Shown piece after piece: positions 53,937 to 64,000 of a stretch of DNA of 64,000 nt. The DNA comes from Bigelowiella natans CCMP2755. Its lineage: Eukaryota; Protista; Cercozoa. Under the pieces are notes generated by a model that worked only from the letters and a program-made list of their open reading frames with translations, did no database searches and was not told where the DNA came from. A program made the translations under genes and the position numbers. Numbering within the stretch: position 1 is the stretch's first letter; each line of letters starts with the position of its first letter. The stretch spans positions 1-64,000 of the forward strand of contig ADNK01001378.1 in the NCBI GenBank assembly GCA_000320545.1. The letters are read 5' to 3'.

Positions 53937-56518
53937 CTACGACGGTTGCTGCTTGCAGCCCATCACCGCTGCGAATTTGTCCATAGTCACATTTCCCCCG
54001 CTAGCAATGATAGCAACTGGCGATGATTCTCCATTCCCTTATCGGAGTGTCATGTAATGAAAATCATGATCTGAACTGATGATGATATTTCATGCAAGCA
54101 TGCTCTTTCACCAGAAAGAAATCTATCTGTCCCTCTCCCCCCTCCCCCACTCTCTCTATATGTCTCGCAAGTCATCACTCATAGAAACACTATACAAATA
54201 AATATATACCTATTTACTACACATTTACATATTAAGAAGATATCGCTGATCTATTACAGACATCGAGGGGTATCAAAAAAGCCACATCAGACCTTCTCGG
54301 TCAAAAAGGCCTACGGATTGCTTTCCTTCTCGTCGCTTTTCTGACAGCAGCGCGGCGAGAGAAACCGCACCACTAGGCTCTAGTACGAGCGCCAAGGTTT
54401 CGAATGCTATCTTCATCGCCATTCTCACCTGCTCCCCCAGAAGGCGGAATAATCACATGCACGAACACACGACACACGCGCGAACACACACTCAAAACGT
54501 TACAGATGCACAAAATAATATGACTTTGCAGGCCAGATCTGTGATTTCGCGTAGAGTAGAGGAGGGAAGGAAAAAGGGAAAAAAAAGGCGGGTGTTTGCA
54601 CGTGTGGACACCTCCTCGTCGGTCACGCTCAACGCGCCGGCAAGCCGACTTCGATTTATTTCAAATGATCTTCGCCCAGGCGCGCTTTACAAACAGAGAT
54701 TGCATCCATCATCGCATATAGAGAAGAAGGAGGGGGGAGAGGAGGATGAAAACGAAGAGGAGGGAATAGGGGAGGAAAAGGAGGCTGCTCGCTAGGTAAA
54801 ATGGCGATATGGAAATTATATACAACGACAGATGATTTTTATAATGGTCTCTCTGTCTTCGCTCTCCTTCCTTACGCAGCTTGCAGAGCGTCGCACAGAG
54901 ATGGCGGTGAGGCCTGTGGTGGTGATTCGATGAGAAAATAGCGAGGAAAGTGGCAAGATAAGCACGCCTATGCCCATCACCGTGCGCTGGACACGATGTG
55001 TGCGAAGGGTTCTTGTCGTCCCCTTCAGTATTTTAGATTCTCCCTCGCAATCATCAATCTTCTAGAGCGCGAACGCGGCTGCGACATTCATTATTTCTCT
55101 ACGCTTCTGTGATATCGCCGCCATCGCCATCCTCGCCCCCGCTGTCACGCAAGCGGGGTTCGGACCTACCTCGAGCGGCGTCCTGGCTCCATTTCGAAAG
55201 GAGGTAACGTGGTCGTCGTAGCCTTCAGGCTCAACTGCACAGCACAACCGTCATCACCGAGAGGCAGTTCAGACACAAATACACACACATCCACGCCCAC
55301 ACACACACACACACACACGCACGCCCACACACAATCCCAACTGAAATCGCGACTCCAAAAGAAATCTTCGTTCAAACATTCGCATTTTGCTGGGGAGAAA
55401 GGCGAAGGTTTTCTTCCTGCGACAGAGCTACTCGCATATATACATATTAATATATATGTATTTTATGTATGGAGAGGGGGTGAGAGAGGGAATTGCATCT
55501 TCTACAGCAGCACAGCACAAGTCGTCCTCATGATACGATGAGCATCTTCAATACCGCATTGAAGCCATGAGTATGTGCATTTCAAAAGCGATGGTGCGTG
55601 CTATGAAGATGAAGAAGGGGGTACATTTAAAGGGTCTACAGCACTTATCACCTGCGTATAGCTTAGTACGTGATAGCAATGATGATGATGATGCCTCCAC
55701 CGCAAGGGCACTTCCTGTTCAATTTGCACTAGAAGTTAGAACGTATTCACACGACAACATCCTCTCCGCCCCCACCCCAATAAAACAACGCTAGTATAAA
55801 CATATCTAGAGTCCTCATCAGGTATATATATATATATATATATATATATTTAATTTTTTATTGTATTGTATTTTCTGTTTCCTTTCGTTTCTGTTTCTCG
55901 TTTATGGTCTTCACGCGCTACTGGCTAGGTTGTGATAATGCTACTAGGTAATAGCTGGAGTATTGCAGTGGATTACGACAACGGCGTGATGATAGCAATA
56001 GTGTGATGATGATGATGATGATGATGATCATAACCTGCCACTAACCCGCCGCCACCTGTGACATTCCATTGAGAATGTCGATTAGTATCATGATGGGGAG
56101 AGGCAGATGCGAGCAAAAGGGATGGAATCAAGAGGGGGTAGGAACTATGAGAGAACCGTGGTATCTACCAACGCATATATCGCATAATATTCTGCCTCTC
56201 TTCCTCCTCCTCCTCCTCCTCTTCCTCCTCCTCCTCCCTCCTACCACGCAATGCTGTTATTGCACTATTAGTTACCTGTGGGTACAAGAATGGCTCCGAG
56301 CTCCTTCACCTCCATCGTCTCTAGGTCCTTCGGGATCAGCGATGACAAGCGGACATGCAGCAGGGGCGGGGTTGAGGGGAGGAAAGAAAGAGGAAGAGAA
56401 GCAGGGTCGTTAATGATTCCCAAGAGTGTATCTCATATCAATGGCTCTGAAGGGTTCATGAGCGATGTGTGTTTTACTGCAGCGACCATTGCAACAAAGG
56501 ATTGCCTCCCGCGAATAT

Positions 56519-56558
<40 letters not shown>

Positions 56559-57194
56559 GTGCGTGCGTTGTGTATGCGCATGCACGTGTGCGATGAATTC
56601 TCAAATCAGTAGCACCGCCACTACTACTGCTAGCACCTGCAGCATTTCCATCACAGCGGTACCCTGTCCAGCAATTACCTCCCTCGGAGTGCCCCAGAAA
56701 CACAATTCAATCCATTTATCAGGAAGGGGGGGCGTGTTGTGACGAGGATAACAACTCTAGAGAGAGAGAGAGAGAGAGAGAAGAGGGGACGGGAGAGATA
56801 CCGACCCTCTCGATCCTAGAATGCTTACCTATCTTCAAAGGGATGCAGCAGCGTTTTCCCTTCCATTTCCGACACTTTTTCCGCCTCTGCAGCTGCGGTC
56901 ACTTCGCGATTCGTTCCTGGTATCACCTAGCAGTAGTAGTAGTAGTAGTAGTAAAAGCAGTTTTAACGCATCCATTCGAAATTCTCGTCATCATCGTCGT
57001 CATCCTCGTCGTCATGTATATCTTCACTAGCCGCCACCTTGGACAGAGTCACATGCGCTCCGTATATCTGCGCACGATCTTGCTTGGAGAGCGGGGCGTT
57101 TTCAGGCATCACAATGGTAGACTGAACCTGTGTTGGCATGCACAACACTCATCACACCCACCCCCCGTATTATTGATCCATATAATCATCATCG

Positions 57195-57225
<31 letters not shown>

Positions 57226-58163
57226 TATCATAATTCACATGGCTTCTTAGAGAATAGACGGACTCCTGCGGAGGTCGCCGCGGCAGCTAATCCCTGGCCA
57301 AAATTGCCTAAAAAGCGTGTTAGGATGCAGGTACAATTCATTGGAGCGGGGAGCTTGTTTTGTTCTTTCGAATCTCCTAGCCTAATAGTGCTCTATTTAT
57401 TGATCTGGTTCGATGAGAACCAGATGAGAAAGCCACGACGCCGCGATCTCTTTGCTCCGGCGAGAGCGTCAGGATGCGATTCAGAGCGCCTCGATACTTG
57501 AACGAACCGGTCTGCAACAAACAGCGCACGCATGCATATCACGCCCACGCGGGCGATAGATAAATTCAGGCGATAACATAATCGCCAAATCCTTTCCATA
57601 GCTTACCCATTGGAGGCATTCAGCTTTCACTAGCACGCGACGACCTGAGAAATAGAACAGATATCGAAAGCTCATATTGTTGCGCGCATCGCTGCGCCCT
57701 CGGGCCTGCATATTTCGATGAAATTATATGACACAAGGGCTAGCAATTTTAAGTATCAAAGAGTCCAGGGCCACATGCACGTTCGACCTAAGATACTGTT
57801 AAGAGCCAAGCTTTCAAGTGTCGGAGTGCGATGTACACGGCCCTACACATCATTGGGATAGGAAGTAGGTAAAATGTCATGGTCAGTCAACATGAGCTTT
57901 AAGCGCTATTTAAGACCTTCAGCCGCTCCATCGCGTTCTTCACGTCCTCACCTGTCGTCAGGTCCTCCTCTGGGATGACTTAAACACACATGGTAGAGAG
58001 AGGGGCGTCGGCACAGGGAATCCTTCTTTCCAACCTCTTTCCAATCCCCCTCCTCCATTCCCTGTCACTCTCTTTGTTGACCTGCTGAAGAAAACATCCT
58101 GGGACACGTGAAATGCGCGAGCAGACTTGGGCCACACCTCTGGCCCTGGAATGCACGCCGCAT
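53937..58163 (-). CDS. PLP-dependent serine racemase / threonine dehydratase family enzyme with a probable mitochondrial presequence
   Basis: Exons give VHRTPTLES, VLVKAECLQWTGSFKYRGALN, VVAFSSGNFGQGLA, IVMPENAPLSK..YGAHV, LLHPFED, VIAGQGTAVMEM, VPTGGGGL, AVEPEG, SLCDALQA, VTDEE, LVLEPSGAVSLAALL and IIASGGNV. Confidence 0.9.
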
Positions 58164-58606
58164 GGCTATCAGCCGGTGCAGGTTATTAGGGGATGGAATT
58201 ATGAAAGTTTTGAATTGCTGGAGCATCGAAGAAAATCCTTGGGATTTTTCCTCCGCGGCAATCCTGGGATTCGTGATGTCGACTCCGCAACCAATCTCTG
58301 TAATTTGGTAGGCTGCGACAAACAATTGGGGAATCACAAGGTGGGGAAACAATGCGGTTCAAGCCAAAACGGTTGCTACCCATGCGCAAGGCCCTCCGAG
58401 GAGAGTCCAAGAGCACCCTCTCCGAATCCGAACCTACGACAAAGAAAAGTTGACTTGCCTCGAAAGAATGGCATGGGATTTCGTGCAGACGAGGCTAAAT
58501 GACGCCCAAACTTGCAAAACTCAAAACCTCCTCCGCTCCTCCTCCTGCTGCCACCATCGCTACCTTCCGCTTCTTCTATTATCCTTTTGTGCCTCCTTCT
58601 TTTCCA

Positions 58607-60165
58607 ATGAGTTCGAAGAAAGAGAGGTTTCGCACCCGTAAAACCCGCGGCAGTGGCCGTCAAGGCAACGGCGGTGATGGTGCTGCGGATTCCCGAAAGC
58701 ATCGGCGGTTGAGCTACAAACCGAATGGCCGTCTCCGTTCCTCCGTATCCTCGGCTGAGAGAAATTTTCGCGTAATTGCTAGAGGTCAGAACGAATCCCG
58801 AAGGGAGAGAGAGCGCGGGGGAGAGGGAAGACGGAGAGCCCGATCGAGCTCGAATTCCTCCTCGGACCACGAAAACCGCCGCCATCGCCACCACCGTGGC
58901 CACCATTCACGGCACTATAGCGGGCAACATCGCAATGATGACAAACAAAAACGAAGAAATTCACGAGTAAGAAGTCGACACTGGCAGCAGTCGCAACCAT
59001 CCTCCCCCGCAGTCCGAGAGCAACGTCCTACCTCGCCGATGTCACGGCAGAATAGTCGCGCCTCGTCAGGCAGCAGTCACAATCTCACTGCCAATCCAAC
59101 AGCAAATAGTGTGGTAGATGCACCTACCATCTCGGCAGAAAATCATCGTAACCCTAGGGAAAGTAATGATGATGTAAACAACGACGGGAGATCCGTATCA
59201 CCGGTCTCACCTGATGACTTCATCTTCATCCGCTCGGGGCGTGAGCGTAGCTCTCAAGATCGACGTCGAAGTAGCACTATCAATGAGCAAGGAAACAACA
59301 GCAACAACATTAATACGGAGCATCAGCAGGAGCAGCGATACTTGAGTCTTGGACTCGAAGATATGATTTTCTTCGGTGAAGAGGCATCCCAGCAAGTGCG
59401 ACCACAGGTGAGTTATCAGAGCAATGTACGGTTGTCTAGCAGTGGTAGTATACCAGTATTAAGGCCTACCAGCTTTGACAATAACAACAACAACAACCAC
59501 CGCAATCACATCCACAACAACAACAACAACAACAGTGGAGAGTGGGACAAGGCGTACGAGAAGTACTCCTTCAGCGACTGCAAAATCTGCTTGGAGCGCA
59601 TTGGCTTTGACACCGTGCGGGACAAGGTGCAACTGAAGGAGAACATTGGCGGCGAACACTTCAGTCGCGTTCTCTGCTCTCATCTTGGGGGCGTGGCACA
59701 GTCCTCTTCAAGGAAAAATTGGCCTGCAATTCCGCGAGGAAACGCTCTTTCATCAGGACATTCTTCCGGAGGAGCATTCTGTGCTGGATGCCTCCGCGAA
59801 TACGCGGAGACTCAAGCGAAGGCCGGGAAGTTCGAGATATTGTGCCCAATGCCCCAGTGCAAAACGCGTCTATATCTGGACGATCTGTGCAAACTTGTCG
59901 GCCCTGAAACATTTGCAGCCTACCAGGAGCGCCTGAAGGCCAACCACGCGCATCGTATCAAGGCTCTGTCTAAGAAGGAGGTCAAGGAAATGCTGGGCGC
60001 TAAGGTGATTGCCTGTGGACGATGCAAAGTGCTGGTCAGCAAATCGGATGGCTGTGACACGATGCGGTGCACATGTGGGCATAAGTTCTCGTACAATGGG
60101 GCTTTGAGGTCTGCAGGATTGCAAGCGATCTTGAAAAAAAGAGGCGATATTTTTGAAGAAGGAAT

Positions 60166-60169
<4 letters not shown>
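58607..60169 (+). CDS. RBR-like E3 ubiquitin ligase (RING1 plus RING2-like, no IBR seen); intronless
   Basis: CKIC..FCAGCLREY..ILCPMPQCK (RING1) and ACGRCKVLVSKSDGCDTMRCTCGHKF (RING2-like), after an Arg/Ser-rich N-terminus. Confidence 0.8.
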
Positions 60170-60196
<27 letters not shown>

Positions 60197-61123
60197 GGCG
60201 GAGGAGGAGGAGGAGGAGGAGGAGAAAAGTAAGGCACAACGGCCGCAGAATTTCTCAGCAGCAACAACAAGCCCGATGATTCCCCCAGATAATACAGCAA
60301 TGAATATCAGTAGCAGTAATCGTAGCAGAAGCGTAAATCGTCACACCTACAGGATGCACTCAAAGGCCAACTCGACTGCAACGTCTTCTTTTTCATCATC
60401 ATCTTCTTCTTCTTCTCCTCAGGCTCTCTCTTTCCATGAGTATGGCATACCACGTGCTTTACCATTACCACCACCACCACCCCCACCACAGTCATTGACA
60501 TTCTTCAGGCCACCCAATAACCCACCAAAGGTGCCCCAAGTCAATGTGAATCGAAGACCTCCCAGTTTGTGGTAACTTCGAATTGATGTAATAATTACAT
60601 AATAATATGAGACGGATGTAATGAAATGATTACATTCTTCAATTGTCATCCTAATGTAGCTATGCAGACCAATAGCTACAGCGCTTATGTTGTGTTTATT
60701 CGTTTCTGCAATGATGTGTTACTAGCATGCTAGGAAAAGCATGTGTGTCATGTCATGTGTGCAACAGTGGGCTGCATGCGCATTATACGAGACGAACTTA
60801 ATGAATAATTAAATAATTTCAATGGTCATCCTATAATGTAGCTATGTAAAGCAGCGGCGGCAGCTCTTAAATTGTGTTTGCGTTATTACCATGATTTGTT
60901 GCATCAAGTCTTGACTGAAGCCACTTTGTTGCGCAACAACTGTGAACACAATGTACGTATATGCGTCATGCTAGCAGCCGAGAGACAAGTGTGTGAAGCC
61001 CTATGTTATAGATCGATGCTCCGTGCGTGATATTGTACAGACGAAGCTGTGGATGTAGAGCATGTTCACAGTGCGACAAGCATCATGCACTCGCTCAGAC
61101 AACTAATTGGGCGTTAGCCGTTC

Positions 61124-61184
<61 letters not shown>

Positions 61185-61521
61185 ACACACAAATATGCCA
61201 TGCATGCGATGCTAGCATGCATATTCTGTTGCATTTATTCACATTCGATTCAATAATTATTTCACATGTGTACATGAATATGCACATAGTATGTGTTCAT
61301 GTGGGTATATGCATGTACATGTGTGCACAGCAGACATATCCACACCTGTACACAGCATCATGCAATGCTACAGTGCATGCATATATGCAACGTGTTATAG
61401 CGCATACAATTTATTACTCATAATAGCACTGGCAGAATATAGAGTGACAGCATTGCTTGTAAGTCTACTTTGTGCCCCCGTGCTAGATACTAGGCTCCTG
61501 CCTTCGATGTGACGACACTAT

Positions 61522-62233
61522 TTAGCTATCGTGTATCTTCTTCGCAAGTTTCTTGAGCGAAATCACCGCAAGCAGACGGAAGGTGGCCAGGAGCACGAAC
61601 AGCATGAGGATGTAAAACCACTTCCGGCTTCTCTCCACGTCGTTGGCCTCGAGGAGCGCATCGTTCTCCGGCGTGTCTTCCTCGAATTCCGTCAGCATGA
61701 CGATGTTGAGGCTGTACTTGATTGTGCAAAGGTACTGGGCCCAACGGATGAATCTCGGGATCTGCTCGATCTGGACGAAGAATCCCGCAAAGAGGAACTG
61801 CGGCACCTGCGATATGGAAACGAGGGGGGGGGGGGGGGGAGGTGATGACGCACTGGGGTATTGGAGCAATGGCGCATGCTCTTTCAAGGATCAGGATGTA
61901 CCAAACAGGGGAGGTAGACAGGTTGAGATGGAGAGAGGGAGAGAGCGAATGGAGGGGGAGAGCATATCTTTCACCCTCTTGAGGATGCTATATACTATGC
62001 ATGCACCTGTGCGTGTGTGCGTGTGTGCGTGTGTGTGTGTGTGATTGTGCACGACTTACGAAGGCGATAGGCAGTAACTCGACCGCCATTTTGACATTAG
62101 AAGATATGCATCCGAGCAGGACTGCAACCGAAGACGATACGATTCCGAGGAGAAACATGCCCATCCAAAGCTGGAAAAAATCGCCCTTCAGCTGCATCAT
62201 GAAGTACCTGATATCCACGGTTATAAATATAAA

Positions 62234-62278
<45 letters not shown>

Positions 62279-62293
62279 GTAGCGTGAGGCAAA

Positions 62294-62336
<43 letters not shown>

Positions 62337-63366
62337 GGGGGGGGGGGATTAGGGAAACAGACATGTGTCGTTAAAAATATCTACATGGATGTTTTCTCTC
62401 TCGTCTCTCGATCTTGTACCCGAATATAAGGCCGATGAGGGTCTGCACCATGATAGTTGGCACCTCGACGATGAACTTGGAGATGAAGTAGGGAACGATA
62501 TCGTACGTGCCGGTCAGGTACTCGCGAATGAAGACAGAGCGCTCGGACGGGAAGGTGAGAACCATGGGCTGTGCGCTTCCAAACATGGCGCTCAAAGCAA
62601 TCTGAAACAGGCCGCCGAATCGCGACTGCAGCACGTCTCCGTTGCCAACATCCAGGAACACAAGCCCGTACCTTATCAATGTAGCAGTGTTGTGGCAGTA
62701 GTAGGAGGAGTAGAGAAAGAGATTCGAAATCGTGTGCGTGCGAGATTCAAAACACAATTCTCACGTAACTCGCCGTTCAAACATTTCCGGCCTGTAGATG
62801 CTAAAGTCGTCATGTGCCTCTCTTCCATTCCCTCTCTCCTCCCCCACCCCTCCCCCGTCCTTCACCACGCCAACTCTCCTTGTACCTCTCCTCTTAATGG
62901 TTATCTGGTGCATCTCTTGTGTCGTCTTGTGTGTGCGTGTGTGTGTGTGTGGTGTGTATGTGAGAGCATACAGGAAGTTGAGGAAGCATGTGAGCCCGAC
63001 GCGCGCAGCGAGTGTTTTCTTGTCGCGCAGTGTGTTGTAGCACTCCCGCGTGAGGAGCATCCATAGCTGCTTCAGAAACCCTGCAGAAGCCCGCCTTCGG
63101 ATGTCAAACTCTTCAGTGTCTTCGCTGCTCTGCCGTGTCAGTTCCGCGCCTTTGTGCTCCTTTGGGGACAAGGTGGAAGGTGAGCCAAGAGCGGCATCTT
63201 GGATCACTTTCTTCTTTTTCCACGCTTTCCGGATCACCTCGATGTTGTCGCGCTGCTGCTTGGTCTCCTTCGTCTGCATCATGAACATGACGTGGTCGGC
63301 GAGGTTGTACGTTTCAGGGCACTTGAATTGCGGCCCCAGGTCTAATTTTAGGATGATGTTCGTGAC

Positions 63367-63402
<36 letters not shown>

Positions 63403-63553
63403 GATGGTGATGATGATGATGGTGAGAAGACGAAATTAATCACGACTGCAACATCATTAAAACAAAAATCCTCATGCACACCATCCATCAGCAGCAGTGC
63501 TTCCCTACTTCAGAGCAGAGCAGCGCCATCGACGTCAACCAAAAAAATACAAT

Positions 63554-63594
<41 letters not shown>

Positions 63595-64000
63595 ACACGA
63601 CATGCCAAGCGCACCAGCAAAGTGCTTGGCCATGAGCTTTACAGGCCCATGATACACAACAGAGCCGGATTCTAGGAGTATGCAGTCATCGAAGGAGTGA
63701 AATATTTCTGAGGAAGGCTGGTGGATCGTTGTGAAGACGCTACAGCCCAGGCTGCAGAGATGCTTCAGGATCTGCGCGACTTTGAAAGCGGCGTACCTTT
63801 TAGTGGTGCGACAACAACAACAACAACAGACGAAGAAACAGTAGCAGTGAGCCGTGTCCTCAGAGTAAGCTAGGGCTACAACCACGGAACACATCCCCAC
63901 CCCCTTCTAAACACAGGAGCCGCAAACTTTTGAAAGAAGAAGTTGTGGGAGGGTATTTGTAGCGATCATGAGCATGGAATGTGAAGAGTTGTCCATAATA
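61522..64000 (-). CDS. ABCG (White-like) half transporter, 5'-partial
   Basis: NBD end (AAFKVAQILKHL..TTIHQPSSEIFHSFDDCILLESGSVVYHGP), CPETYNLADHVM, and the ABC2 membrane domain (QLWMLLTRE; FPSERSVFIREYLTGTY; LFAGFFVQIEQIP..WAQYL). Confidence 0.95.

Overview
Gene-dense eukaryotic nuclear DNA from an intron-rich, flagellated protist. A chlorarachniophyte-like genome is a low-confidence guess. I support about 16 protein-coding genes and 2 probable pseudogenes: a secreted flavin amine/L-amino-acid oxidase-like protein, an MKP1-like dual-specificity phosphatase, an EF-hand-like protein, UTP6, a PHO80/U-type cyclin, a CEP120-like protein, GAS8/DRC4, an RGS-DEP-PH protein, a PH/Ser-rich protein, a CEP76/CC2D2A-family protein, a small membrane protein, a non-canonical GH32, a C2/beta-trefoil protein, a serine racemase-like enzyme, an RBR-like ligase and an ABCG transporter. 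Gene orientation alternates almost perfectly. The most striking signal is non-coding. Tail-to-tail (convergent) intergenic gaps and a decaying ankyrin pseudogene carry tracts rich in CA/TG/CATG/TGCA/CTAG, and in the clearest cases TpA survives almost only as CTA or TAG. This looks like a targeted, context-specific TA->CA/TG (T->C / A->G) mutational process, opposite in direction to fungal RIP. Three head-to-head promoters instead show about 10-bp phased A-tracts. Exon boundaries were inferred by eye and counts were made by hand.
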